Source: Patescibacteria group bacterium UBA3531
Lineage (GTDB): Bacteria > Patescibacteriota > Minisyncoccia > Phycocordibacterales > UBA3531
Direction of reading: 5' to 3'
Length of the DNA: 64,000 nt
NCBI GenBank assembly: GCA_002376885.1
Contig: DFOW01000001.1
Coordinates: 79,381-143,380 of the forward strand
Shown here: positions 40,635-50,952 of the stretch, one piece after another
Numbering within the stretch: position 1 is the stretch's first letter
How the letters are laid out: each line of letters starts with the position of its first letter
Made by a program: the position numbers and the translations under genes
Notes under the pieces: model-generated
The model's input: only the letters and a program-made list of their open reading frames with translations
The model's database searches: none
What the model was told of the DNA's origin: nothing

Positions 40635-41321
40635 ATGTTTAACTTTTCTACAAAAGAACAACGAAAGCTTGATGAGCAGCTATATTCTGTTGTAACTGAC
40701 GAAATTGAGCGTAACGAAATATATAAACCACTTTGGACAAAAGCTCTTGCCGATTCTGATAATGACAAGCAACGAGCGCAGGCTTTATATATCAAATATC
40801 GAGTTCAAAAGTTGAAAGATGAAATGCGTTTTGAAAAAGAACGGGAGCAAGCAAATGAGCGTGCTCGGGTTGCCACTGAAAACAAAAGGGTGAAATCTGA
40901 AAGAAGTATAACCACATTGGAAACTACAACATCTCATTTGCTATCCAGTTTCAAATGGCTAACAGCGATTATGCTAATCCTCGGGGCTATAGGTCTATTT
41001 TTGTCATACATAACAATTTCAGTCAGTTACGATTACAGTTGGTGGGTTCTTTCGGGTTTGAGTGTATTGCTTTTTGTGCTCGGCGGATACCTACTTTTTG
41101 ATTGTTTTAGAATTTCAAAAATAAGTGATCACAAAATACTCAAAAAGAAATTGAATACGTCTTTCTTAATTCTTATACCATTCTCACTTGTGGGAACAAT
41201 CATAGGAATAATCATGCCGTTGGTTGCACTGTTTATGTTTATAAGCTTTGTTGCATTAGTTATTCACGCAATCAAATTCAATCGTGCATTCAATTATGCA
41301 AAAAGAAATGGTTTGATATGA
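40635..41321 (+). CDS. Hypothetical membrane protein with N-terminal helical domain
   Basis: Start MFNF 10 nt after the previous stop; ~4 C-terminal TM helices. Confidence 0.75.
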   Translation: MFNFSTKEQRKLDEQLYSVVTDEIERNEIYKPLWTKALADSDNDKQRAQALYIKYRVQKLKDEMRFEKEREQANERARVATENKRVKSERSITTLETTTSHLLSSFKWLTAIMLILGAIGLFLSYITISVSYDYSWWVLSGLSVLLFVLGGYLLFDCFRISKISDHKILKKKLNTSFLILIPFSLVGTIIGIIMPLVALFMFISFVALVIHAIKFNRAFNYAKRNGLI

Positions 41322-41334
41322 CACTGTATAGATA

Positions 41335-42435
41335 ATGAAATGGATATTTGACTGGCTCATTAACTTATTTGGCAAGAAAGACATCGCACGAGATACGGAC
41401 GAGAGTTTTTTTCGTCCGATTTTGTTTTTGTTCCCTAATATTCTCAAAGAAAGCGTGTCGTCAGAAACGGATGTAAAAGATTGGCAAAAAGATTATCTCT
41501 CGAAAAACAAAAACATTGAAAAATATATCTTCAACGCCTGCGAAGCATTACAGGTCTGCGGAATCTCTTATACAAAATACAAGAAAGAACTCAAACGTTA
41601 CTCGGATGAAGAACTCAATAAAGGCGCGGGAGAAATTGTTGGCAGAAACTTTGAAATTGAAGCCCGGCTAATGCTAAGGCGAATGCTGGAGCTGTATGTG
41701 GAAAGCTGGCATTTCAAAGAAATCAAGAACGATAAAGAAACGATCTTCAGGCACTATTTCTTACTCCGAAATCTCAAAGCTTTTTATAGTAGAAAAACCA
41801 ACACAAAAGATTTTTGTGATTTTGATTTGGAATTTGATACCAAGGCTATTTCAGAAATCCGTACGGCGTTAAATAACTTATCTGTCCAAAATCCTTTTTA
41901 CCTAACGAATAATAAAGATCCGAACAAAGACAGTGATGTAAAAAAGTTGTTCAAACATTTTCGCGATTTGCTTGTGGAAGCTATGCCAAAAATGACGGAC
42001 GGACTGAGGGAAATGGTTGGTGAGTCATACCAGCTATATGCCGAAACCAGTGAAGTTGTTCATGGATTTTCGGGAGGACCGAATTTCAATCTACGCAATT
42101 ATCATCAAGAAATAACTGCGCTTTATGCAAGATCCGCGGTACTTGCTTCAAACATTTTGAAATATCTTGTAGTTATCGGCGATAACCAGATAAGCAATAC
42201 TGAAATAAAAGAAGCTATTAATGGCTTAAGAACTGACGATTTGCCTCATAGCTTCATGTTTGAAGTTGGAGATAAGGTTTTGGTGCTAGGGCAAATCAAA
42301 GCAGAAATTACGGAAATATCGCAATCAAAATATGGCTGCAAGAAATATAAAGTTAAATATAACGACAAGCGAGAAGATTGGAGTTGGTCTTTTGAGCGCG
42401 AATGGTTTTTATTGAAAGAGCTGACGAAGCTGTAA
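41335..42435 (+). CDS. Hypothetical protein, DUF5677/HEPN-like helical region plus KOW/SH3-like tail
   Basis: RRMLE...YQLYAETSEVVHG; FEVGDKVLV..YKVKY; domain names are tentative. Confidence 0.55.
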   Translation: MKWIFDWLINLFGKKDIARDTDESFFRPILFLFPNILKESVSSETDVKDWQKDYLSKNKNIEKYIFNACEALQVCGISYTKYKKELKRYSDEELNKGAGEIVGRNFEIEARLMLRRMLELYVESWHFKEIKNDKETIFRHYFLLRNLKAFYSRKTNTKDFCDFDLEFDTKAISEIRTALNNLSVQNPFYLTNNKDPNKDSDVKKLFKHFRDLLVEAMPKMTDGLREMVGESYQLYAETSEVVHGFSGGPNFNLRNYHQEITALYARSAVLASNILKYLVVIGDNQISNTEIKEAINGLRTDDLPHSFMFEVGDKVLVLGQIKAEITEISQSKYGCKKYKVKYNDKREDWSWSFEREWFLLKELTKL

Positions 42436-42447
42436 GAATAAGGGAGC

Positions 42448-42490
42448 CAATCCCCGTCGTTTACAATTTTTCCTAAAACGACGGGGATTG
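42448..42490. terminator. 15-bp stem hairpin
   Basis: CAATCCCCGTCGTTT...AAACGACGGGGATTG. Confidence 0.7.
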
Positions 42491-43275
42491 CTGTTCGCGC
42501 ACTGGGCGGGCGGGGCAAGCACAATGCATCACCACCAACTTTAACGAAGCCACAGAGCGAACACGAAGCAAGCACCGAGCAGGCATCGCGAACGAATGTG
42601 AGTGGCCAATGCGAGGTGTTTGCGAAGTGTGAGCGTGTATAAGAACTACCACCAAACGCGGAGACGGGAGCGCCTCGGGCCGACGCGAAGCTAGAAAAAG
42701 CGGAGTATGGGAAATATAATGACCTTACGGAGCTTTTGGAAGCTGAAGCGACGGACGCAAACCAAAAATTTCCTTGCGATATCTTTTCGCCTAGCGGCGG
42801 AGGGGTCTGGGGAGGAGCCGCACAAAAATGAAAGGAAATTTTTTGTGTTTGCTCGCGCGAGGTACGAGCGCGCCCGGGGCGCAGAATCAACACACAAGCG
42901 GAGCGTACGAGTTAGGTTCGCATCACCACGCGCTCCGCGCGTGCGAAGTGGGTTCGCGCAATGTGTAATAATTCTTCACAAAACGAGACATAATCCAAAT
43001 CGTGAAAATTTTTTACTTTTGCCACAGGCAAAAGTGGGTACGCAAAATCGGTTTTCGTGTTGTAGGCAAAGACGAATTCAGAGAGAACGGAGCACCGGAG
43101 CGAATGCGGAGGCGCAGGGGCGTGAGCAGAATCACCACGCCTGCCTGCCGCAGGCAGGGACTCCAATGCGTACGCGGAAGGTTGGAGCCACCACGCGCGC
43201 GGCGCGTGATTAGTTGGTCTTTGACTCGAAATAAGTTCGAGCAAAGGCTACAATATCTTCGCAACTTTTTGAGCC
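42490..43275. mobile_element. GC-rich hairpin-dense non-coding tract ending in a possible recombinase 3'-end remnant
   Basis: Many short inverted repeats; - strand 43275-43210 reads GSKSCEDIVAFARTYFESKTN*. Confidence 0.45.
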
Positions 43276-43324
43276 TTATTTCTCAACGTCTTTTTTATCC
43301 ACCAAACGGGACGTTGGAACCGAG

Positions 43325-44212
43325 CTACAAAACTAATTCCCACGTTTTCCCAGAATCAGTACTTTTATAAATTTTTTCTTCATGAGTGAGAGCGTATAGA
43401 ATTTCTAAGGTATCTCCATATCCAGTGAATTCTATAATCGTATTTCCATCAAAATAGTTAGTAACTTTATTCCAAGTCATTCCACTATCTTCACTCCCCA
43501 CAAGTCCTCTTGTTGGTGAATATATGATTATGTCCTTTGAATTACTTGGATTTATGTAATAAGGCGGTCACGGCTTCCTTGCCTAAGCCGTCAAAGGCTG
43601 TAACCCATGTTATTCCACGGTCTTCACTTTTCATAACCCCCTGCCACGTAAGAGCAGTTACCTTATTCTCATCTCTTGGATCAGGATTAAATGAAAAAAC
43701 AGTAGGAATAGCATTACTACCAATACCCCATGTGGCCCCGCCATCTGAACTTACTTGAACCGACTTATCATGCCATCCGTATAATATATTTGGATTTGCG
43801 CTACTTATGCCAAGAGAATGAAAGTCAACCGGTCCATCTATACCATTTGATAACTTACTCCAAGAATCTCCCCTATCATTTGATATACGGAGCCCTAAGT
43901 TGCCTCCTGTATTTTCATTATGTCCGCTCGAATAAAGGATATTTTGATTGGTAGGATGTGCTGCAAATCCCATAAAATCACTCCCGTCTGTACCAATCAA
44001 CCCTACTTCTCCATTCATAAGTCGAAACAATCCATCGTGTGTAGCAATGTATAATTCGTCGGGATTATTTATAGTTACTTCAATACTATGAATATGATTC
44101 ACTTGACCCACGGCATCATGCTCAACTTCCCCCTCTCCAAAGTAAGAATATCCTCCGCTAACAAGAAGTATTCCACCAATTAATATGATTAGGGCTTTGA
44201 TATTTTTTTCAT
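43325..44212 (-). pseudogene. BNR/Asp-box repeat secreted protein (F510_1955-like) with two frameshifts
   Basis: SxDxGxTW repeats continue in another frame after ~43555; ATG 44212 is one base out of frame in an A7 run. Confidence 0.75.
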
Positions 44213-44225
44213 AAATTAGACTTTA

Positions 44226-44831
44226 TTATTCCTCGAAATTATTGCTATCACTGTTAACAATCATTTCATCTACAGTATTGGGGTCTACTCCGGGAGCAGG
44301 AACTCCAAGACTCGTTGTTTCTTCACCAGAAGAGGCTGGACCTTGATAGAAGATCTCAATCCTATCATTATCTCTCATAATATAGTTTTCGTATTCTGTA
44401 TTAACCTCACCATTGACCATCATGGTGACCATTCCTCCATCAATACTTGTACACCTATCAAGGACACATTCTGAATTAAACTCCTTTCCCCATATAGTAA
44501 AGAAGTTTCCAAGTCGTGCATCATTTGGCCGGACCACACCCCCAAACTCCATATGAAGAGGCTTGTGGCCCGCTATTATTCGCCCCCCTGTTTCGCGGGC
44601 ATCAGTTACATCATTATGAGTATGGATGGGCGCGGGCCCCCCTGCCAGCCCAATGCCTGAGGGTATGTCTACCTGTTCCCCATCAATGTAGATAGCAAGT
44701 GTTGGATGCCAATGCAAGCCATTTTGGCTTAATATCGTTGGGTCTCTCTCTGTTAGGGTCTTAGACCACCAAGTGCCGCCAATAAAAAGTAGTATGGCCA
44801 CTCCTATAATTATATATGTGTTGTATTTCAT
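44226..44831 (-). CDS. Membrane-anchored His-motif protein (putative metal binding)
   Basis: HWH, PIHTH, LHME. Confidence 0.75.
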   Translation of the reverse strand: MKYNTYIIIGVAILLFIGGTWWSKTLTERDPTILSQNGLHWHPTLAIYIDGEQVDIPSGIGLAGGPAPIHTHNDVTDARETGGRIIAGHKPLHMEFGGVVRPNDARLGNFFTIWGKEFNSECVLDRCTSIDGGMVTMMVNGEVNTEYENYIMRDNDRIEIFYQGPASSGEETTSLGVPAPGVDPNTVDEMIVNSDSNNFEE

Positions 44832-44846
44832 AAATCGTGTAATTGG

Positions 44847-45533
44847 TTAATAGCCTATAAATGCCTCTGTTCTTATTGTTTTTTGTAGGACTCCTATTTG
44901 TTGTAATACACAAGACACCTCGGTAACCATTGTTGGCGGGCCTACTATCCACCAAATCGTATCGTTTAAATTCAAAATATGTTTCTCTAGGTGCTGCGCC
45001 TCTATGCGCCCAACAATAAAATCAACATTGACACAATCCGAATCCTTTTCCAATTTTTCTAGTTTTTTTAAAAATGCTGTACTCTCTGTACTTCTGTTTG
45101 CATATAGCAGATTTATCGGAATCCCTTCTTTATTATTAACAACCGTTTCTATAATGCTCAAAAAAGGTGTAATTCCAATTCCTCCAGCTATAAATATATG
45201 TTTAAGGTTTTTTTGTGCTGGTAAAACGAAGTGTCCAAATGGCCCCTCAAGCAGAACAGGAGACCCCACCCGCAACTCAAAAAGTGTTTTCTTAAAACCA
45301 CTTCCTGTGTTGCGAAAAGCAATCTCTAATTCGTTCTTATTTAGCGGAGAAGAAGCAATGGAAAATACACGGGAAGAGCCTTTTGGATCAGGGTACAAAG
45401 GCGCCTCGACTCCGAGCTGAACATACTGACCGGCTTCGAACTCAAAAGACGGGGGACGTTCTACAGATATCGAAATTGTTTCTTCTGCAATTTCTCCTTT
45501 TCTAATGACTTTTGAAGTGTATACCTTACTCAT
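44847..45533 (-). CDS. Ferredoxin-NADP reductase-like FAD oxidoreductase
   Basis: FEAGQY, RVFSIASSP, EGPFG, AGGIGITPF. Confidence 0.9.
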   Translation of the reverse strand: MSKVYTSKVIRKGEIAEETISISVERPPSFEFEAGQYVQLGVEAPLYPDPKGSSRVFSIASSPLNKNELEIAFRNTGSGFKKTLFELRVGSPVLLEGPFGHFVLPAQKNLKHIFIAGGIGITPFLSIIETVVNNKEGIPINLLYANRSTESTAFLKKLEKLEKDSDCVNVDFIVGRIEAQHLEKHILNLNDTIWWIVGPPTMVTEVSCVLQQIGVLQKTIRTEAFIGY

Positions 45534-45540
45534 AATATTA

Positions 45541-46818
45541 CTAAATACTAGAAGGAGTATTGAATATATTGTTATCAATTTCTTCTCCCACACTTATGAT
45601 TGACACCGTCAACTCACCGTTCTCTGTAGATATTTGATGTTCCCCTACGCCAAGTTCCAGCGCCCACGATGCGGGCCCCGTAATAACGCTTGCCACGCCG
45701 AGAGATTGTATTTCAACATTTTCCTCTTTAGACCAAGCAAACACACCATTGGGATCCTTTTCTGCCATATAAAGTGTTTTTTCATCATAACGATATATTT
45801 GATGTATAACTGGAGAGCCATCAACATTTATTGTTTGCCTAAAATAAGGCTTGGTGTCAATATCTTGCACCCAAAGATACACGTCCTGTGCTTCTTCCTT
45901 AATCACCATATGGAAGGAACTAGCATAATTCTGTGGTAAATTTTGCTGTGCCAATGTTTCTGATGATACAACACTTATGCGACTATCTAGATATACAACT
46001 GAGGCAGACGCTAACAGTATGGGAAGCACTAAAAAGATGCCAACACCCACAACCATCAAGTTTTGAAACTTATTATTTGTAAAATTGACTTTTCCACCTC
46101 CTTTTTGTTCTAGTACTGTCTTTACAAATGCAATCGCTTGAAGCGACACAGCAATAAGTGACATTCCTAAAAATGGATACAAAAACCATATCGATGGATA
46201 CATTCGAAGTTCCGGCAATGTCGGTTGGAAAAAGAAAAACAAGTAAAGAATACCTCGGAGCACAATTACATAAAAAATTACAGAAACCAAGGAGCTATGC
46301 AACCACTTCCACGAGGAAATACCCAAGAAGCTTACTGCCCTGTCAGATGAAGTAATTGCAAGCACAATAATCATTGGGAAAATTATTACTGCCATCATGT
46401 TCATAATACCAACCTCTGGCCTAAACATTACAAAGCTTCCCAAGGTTTCAACATACTCAACACCAAAGAATCGCTCTACACTCCACATAGCCCAGCGATC
46501 CCATATAGCATAACCATGCCCTGCAGACAAAACCGCAAACCAAATACCTAGCTCACGTCTCCATGAGATAAAACGTGCAAACCAAGGCCATATCCTAGCA
46601 GCTGGCCCTATTATCAACAGAGTAAATAGAAAAACAAAAGCCGCGTGTGCCCATGCACGCCAAAATGGGTGCGCAACACCCCAATCAGGCCACAAAGCCG
46701 GGACAACGCCCCAGCTTTGATATGACAGATAAAAAAGATAGACCAATACCGCACTCAAAACACCCACTACGATATGTCTACCAATAACTATTTTCTTGCT
46801 TTTTATTCCAAGTAACAT
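45541..46818 (-). CDS. Ferric-reductase-like transmembrane (MsrQ-like) protein with extracellular tail
   Basis: RRELGI...H, LAITS, WKWLH. Confidence 0.75.
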   Translation of the reverse strand: MLLGIKSKKIVIGRHIVVGVLSAVLVYLFYLSYQSWGVVPALWPDWGVAHPFWRAWAHAAFVFLFTLLIIGPAARIWPWFARFISWRRELGIWFAVLSAGHGYAIWDRWAMWSVERFFGVEYVETLGSFVMFRPEVGIMNMMAVIIFPMIIVLAITSSDRAVSFLGISSWKWLHSSLVSVIFYVIVLRGILYLFFFFQPTLPELRMYPSIWFLYPFLGMSLIAVSLQAIAFVKTVLEQKGGGKVNFTNNKFQNLMVVGVGIFLVLPILLASASVVYLDSRISVVSSETLAQQNLPQNYASSFHMVIKEEAQDVYLWVQDIDTKPYFRQTINVDGSPVIHQIYRYDEKTLYMAEKDPNGVFAWSKEENVEIQSLGVASVITGPASWALELGVGEHQISTENGELTVSIISVGEEIDNNIFNTPSSI

Positions 46819-46827
46819 ATGTATTTA

Positions 46828-47613
46828 TTAGCGAACAATTACCACTCCTAACTCACTTGCATTCACGTGATCGTGGTACTCCCAATTACCGGGCTGATCA
46901 AACGTGTACTGATAGCCCTCGCCAAACCCAGACACACCAAACTGATCAAATGTTGAGAGTATGGTGTGTGCCGGGTGTTCGTTTGAAGCCACCCACATTG
47001 GTCGACTACTTTTATTCACAAATCGGACTGTCTCTCCTTGCATAATTTCAACAGTTGGTGGTGAGAAACCATCGTCCGTATATGTGACCGTTGCCGCAAC
47101 TGGTATATCCGTGTCCTGGAAATCTTCTCTTATTACAAGTTCATCAGGTACAAGTGTGCCCGTAGGTGTGCGTACATACCGCCTAGCCCCTTCTACAACA
47201 GTGTCGAGAAATGGATTGAAGCCCTTGTCTCCATCATCACTGTAAAGAATCGCCGTAAGCTCTGCCACCACAGGAAATTTACCAATAATATCAGATGTGC
47301 CCATGGCTTCGGTATCACCAACAAAGATACGGACATCCTCATATGTGCCTGCTTCGAGGTAGTCACTCACTTCGAAAATTTGCCCTTGTTTGTTGTTAAC
47401 TACTTCTTGGATTGCCACGAATCCAGGGTCGTCAAGCACAACTCTTTCAAGAATAAAAGTGTTTGGCTCTTTTTCAGCAGACACAATCAATTCTGCGTTG
47501 GTCGCTTTCTGAGATTCTTGTTCTGTTGTTTGATTATTACCTCCCTGGGAAAAAGCAACAAAGACAAGGATCAGAACAATGAGAACAACAAGTGTAAGTA
47601 CGGTCTTTTTCAT
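46828..47613 (-). CDS. Cupredoxin-domain protein
   Basis: GFSPPTVEI..GETVRFVN, HPAH, YHDH. Confidence 0.85.
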   Translation of the reverse strand: MKKTVLTLVVLIVLILVFVAFSQGGNNQTTEQESQKATNAELIVSAEKEPNTFILERVVLDDPGFVAIQEVVNNKQGQIFEVSDYLEAGTYEDVRIFVGDTEAMGTSDIIGKFPVVAELTAILYSDDGDKGFNPFLDTVVEGARRYVRTPTGTLVPDELVIREDFQDTDIPVAATVTYTDDGFSPPTVEIMQGETVRFVNKSSRPMWVASNEHPAHTILSTFDQFGVSGFGEGYQYTFDQPGNWEYHDHVNASELGVVIVR

Positions 47614-47621
47614 GGGCTATA

Positions 47622-48020
47622 TTATATCACACGAACCTTAAGCTCCTCACCATGATCATCGGTTGTGTCACTCGGGTTTGGTCCTCCGCACACAGCAGCA
47701 TCTGTGTCAATAGGTCTGTCCGCCACGAACTCCATGCGTGCAGTACCACCTGCTGGCACATGCCCGCCAGGTACTGTTGCATTAAATTGCGGTAGTGCAA
47801 CACCATGAGCTACCGGATCACGGTTTTCAAAGTTGATGATCACCCTATCTCCAACTGAAGCAACAATCTCTGATGGATTATAACGATTATTTTCCATAAC
47901 CACGTCAAAAGTTTTAGTTCCGGAACGAACATCTCCACCAGTGGTAAAAACTATTGCCCCTACAATCAACGCAATAGCAATAATCCCTGACGCGATTGTT
48001 GTTTGATTAATTTCATTCAT
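47622..48020 (-). CDS. Cupredoxin-domain protein
   Basis: YNPSEI..GDRV, NRDPVAHG, C...H. Confidence 0.8.
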   Translation of the reverse strand: MNEINQTTIASGIIAIALIVGAIVFTTGGDVRSGTKTFDVVMENNRYNPSEIVASVGDRVIINFENRDPVAHGVALPQFNATVPGGHVPAGGTARMEFVADRPIDTDAAVCGGPNPSDTTDDHGEELKVRVI

Positions 48021-48038
48021 ATTATAAGTGTTAAATTT

Positions 48039-48593
48039 TTAATTTGTTTCCGCCACACAAACAAGCGGTTCATCTATTTTTTGAGCAGTCCAGTACACTG
48101 AATACAAAAGTAGTACTACTCCCAAAATTCCGAATTCTTCACCACCTAGCGGCAGAAAAGCCAGTAGGCCACCGGCTCCGATAAGGGCAAGTACCACGCT
48201 CAGGAGAAATGTTCCGCATGCAGCACAACCAATACCGAAGACGCCGGCCACAAGACCGCCCACACCAGCCGTTGCTCCTTTTCCTCGCAGAGATCCTTTC
48301 CGTCTTTGCACGTAATACACAAGCATAGCTATGTTTATCCCAAAGAGAATTGCAATAAGAATCGTATAGGTAGCAGAAACAAGGGTAAAGTTTGTGCTAA
48401 GTGATCCAAATAACCCAAACGCTACTTTTGTTGCGTCGATAAACTCCACGTCGTGTGACACAAGAATCGTGTGCAGTAGACGCCAGTTCGGAAGCCATAC
48501 AGCAAAGGCCAGAACAACAAATGCAATCGGTAGTGCGATAGCAACGTAGCGAACATGGGAAAACACTTCTTTTATGTTGTGCAGTGTAGACAT
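48039..48593 (-). CDS. Membrane protein with intramembrane CxxC
   Basis: GIGCAACG within a TM region. Confidence 0.8.
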   Translation of the reverse strand: MSTLHNIKEVFSHVRYVAIALPIAFVVLAFAVWLPNWRLLHTILVSHDVEFIDATKVAFGLFGSLSTNFTLVSATYTILIAILFGINIAMLVYYVQRRKGSLRGKGATAGVGGLVAGVFGIGCAACGTFLLSVVLALIGAGGLLAFLPLGGEEFGILGVVLLLYSVYWTAQKIDEPLVCVAETN

Positions 48594-48598
48594 GCGGA

Positions 48599-49333
48599 TT
48601 AGTTAGCTTGAAGCGCTAGATCAATTAGTTGTTTAACAGAAGCATATGGTTGCGCACCAGAAAGTGGAAATGTTTGACCGTCTGGCCCGATAATGACACT
48701 CCATGGTGTACCTCGTCCTCCTGTTTCAACCGAATTAGCAATATCAGCTTGAATATGTTGATCATATTTTCCACTGGCAACACATTCATCTACGGCAGTT
48801 TGTGAGAGGCCAATTTCGCTGATAATTTGAGGCAATACTGTGTCCAAATCGGTTCGATTGTTTGACGGCGTCAACTCAAAGAACCGATCAGCAAACTGCC
48901 AAAAGGCATCATTGCCACCGAGCTCGGCAACACATTCTGAGACCACTGCTTCACGCATTGCCTTAACAGGGTGGAGCTGTTCAAGTGGAAATTGTCGGTA
49001 TACCCACGCAACTTGACCACTATCACCATACTCGTCCAGCACTTGTTTCATAGTCTCGTGGAATCGTTTACAGAAAGGACACTCAAAATCTGAATATTCT
49101 ACGATTTTGACTGGCGCATTTATATCTCCTCGTATATGATCTTCTTTTGTCACCTCACGGACACTGTCAGTAGACCCTGAGGGCTGTACAGGTGGCTGTG
49201 GGGAGGCAGTTCCCACCGTGGACGGCGTAGAGCCTCCACTAAAAACTATTGCCCCTGCGACAATCAGTCCGGCAACAACAATGGCCCCTGGTATCATGTA
49301 CGATTTATTTTGTTTTTGTATTGTATCTGTCAT
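48599..49333 (-). CDS. DsbA/BdbD-like thioredoxin-fold oxidoreductase
   Basis: EYSDFECPFC, GTP, SGAQPY; start MTDT. Confidence 0.92.
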   Translation of the reverse strand: MTDTIQKQNKSYMIPGAIVVAGLIVAGAIVFSGGSTPSTVGTASPQPPVQPSGSTDSVREVTKEDHIRGDINAPVKIVEYSDFECPFCKRFHETMKQVLDEYGDSGQVAWVYRQFPLEQLHPVKAMREAVVSECVAELGGNDAFWQFADRFFELTPSNNRTDLDTVLPQIISEIGLSQTAVDECVASGKYDQHIQADIANSVETGGRGTPWSVIIGPDGQTFPLSGAQPYASVKQLIDLALQAN

Positions 49334-49412
49334 TTGGATAAAAATTAAATTAATAAAAAAACCAACGCCCCAGCGCTTACACAATAAATAAATCGTGTAA
49401 ACCAGTCGTTAG

Positions 49413-49823
49413 TTAGAAGGTCCTGTTATAAACTTGCGAGTGTAATATTCCCCTACGAAACGCGCGCAAAATAGGATTAGAAAGTTTATGAGAGTTCGAT
49501 ACTTTTGACTCGAAATACCAACACATGCGGTGACGAGATATATCAGAGACCACAGAGAGAAGCATAATAGCTCTTTTATAAAAAAATATCGAAAGGGACA
49601 AAACCAAAAAAATAAGGGTCAATACATCTCTTGCCGACAAAGAATTTGTAATAGGAGTAACACTGCATCCTGACAAATGATCACCTCCCGTAACATAGCC
49701 CGTTGAAAGTAATTGACCGCACGAGGATGCCGCCAACAGAACAAATAAAAAAACTAAAACTATTAATAGTTTTTTAAACGAAAAAAATTGACGTACTGAA
49801 GATCCGAGGAGATAATGAACCAT
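49413..49823 (-). CDS. Hypothetical small membrane protein
   Basis: Two hydrophobic segments, His/Cys linker, AFRRGILHSQVY tail; start uncertain. Confidence 0.55.
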   Translation of the reverse strand: MVHYLLGSSVRQFFSFKKLLIVLVFLFVLLAASSCGQLLSTGYVTGGDHLSGCSVTPITNSLSARDVLTLIFLVLSLSIFFYKRAIMLLSVVSDISRHRMCWYFESKVSNSHKLSNPILRAFRRGILHSQVYNRTF

Positions 49824-49988
49824 TATTTTTTTATAAAACTTTTATTATTTATTAAACATACACCCAAGACTAAATCCGTCGGCAATGATTAGCCAGCTGT
49901 TTTACAATAATACCTTTTGCCTTTTTGTGTCAAGTGTATTCATACTGAAAGTGCCTCTCCTCGGCATAAACGATCCCTACTCTTGTTT

Positions 49989-50933
49989 TTAGGTTTTTTT
50001 ATCTATCGTAAAGTCTATATCTTTTGCCTCAGAACCCTCTACACATGAATCTTCGATTTGAATAGTAGAAAAATATACACCAAACTCGTTACGTAATAGC
50101 TTGTATATTATCTTTTGTGTTTTAAAAACATCAACATTTTCCTCAACAATGACATGAGCAGATACAATATTTTTTCCAGTAGTTAAGCTCCAAGCATGTA
50201 AATGATGGGCGTTCTTAACCTCTTTTATATTTTCTAATTTTTGCTTGACTAGATTTAAATCGATGTCTTTTGGTACATTTTCAAGAAGTATATTTGTGGC
50301 ATCTTTAATTATTTTCCATGAAGCCCACACCAAAACAAGCCCAAATACCACCCCAAGAATCGGATCAATAGGAAGAAATCCTGTAAAACGGATAACAAGG
50401 GCGGCTATTATTATTAAAAGGCTTCCTATAAAAGTCTGTAGTACATGCCAGTAGGCTCCACGAATATTTAGATTGGTTTTTTGTTTTTTATAAAGCAAAC
50501 CTAATGAAATAAACTCTGTAACAAGACCGCCAAAAGCAGCGAAAAGCATAGGCGTTGTGGAGAGTTCGATCGGATCCATCAAGCGCATATATCCCATCCA
50601 CAATACTAGAATCGCCATTACAAGCAAAAACACTCCATTTATTAAAGCTCCTATAATCTCAGCACGCACTAATCCAAACGACCTAAAATGCGTTGCTCCT
50701 CTTCTTGCAATTTGCCCAGCAACAAGAGCAATAAGCACTCCTCCTACTGCAGAAAAGGTGTGGAAGGCATCAGATATAACAGAAACGGAACCAGTCCACA
50801 AACCAATTATAAGCTCAATAAGAAAATATACTCCCGTAAGCCACCCTGATATAGAGAGAGCCCTATTACCACTCCCCAAAAGAGCTGATTCGTGCCCTTT
50901 GTGTTCTGCAATTTTTTTGTTTTGGTTATTCAT
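49989..50933 (-). CDS. Cation diffusion facilitator (CzcD/ZitB-like)
   Basis: SDAFHT, FGLVRAE, NIRGAYWH, HHLHAW. Confidence 0.92.
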   Translation of the reverse strand: MNNQNKKIAEHKGHESALLGSGNRALSISGWLTGVYFLIELIIGLWTGSVSVISDAFHTFSAVGGVLIALVAGQIARRGATHFRSFGLVRAEIIGALINGVFLLVMAILVLWMGYMRLMDPIELSTTPMLFAAFGGLVTEFISLGLLYKKQKTNLNIRGAYWHVLQTFIGSLLIIIAALVIRFTGFLPIDPILGVVFGLVLVWASWKIIKDATNILLENVPKDIDLNLVKQKLENIKEVKNAHHLHAWSLTTGKNIVSAHVIVEENVDVFKTQKIIYKLLRNEFGVYFSTIQIEDSCVEGSEAKDIDFTIDKKT

Positions 50934-50952
50934 GCATGTGTTAGACAGTGTG

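Noticed and set aside
42246-43370. Overlapping ORFs of 60-215 aa in the GC-rich tract
   Set aside because: Arg/Ala/Ser-rich with no motifs and open on both strands; typical of stop-poor non-coding DNA
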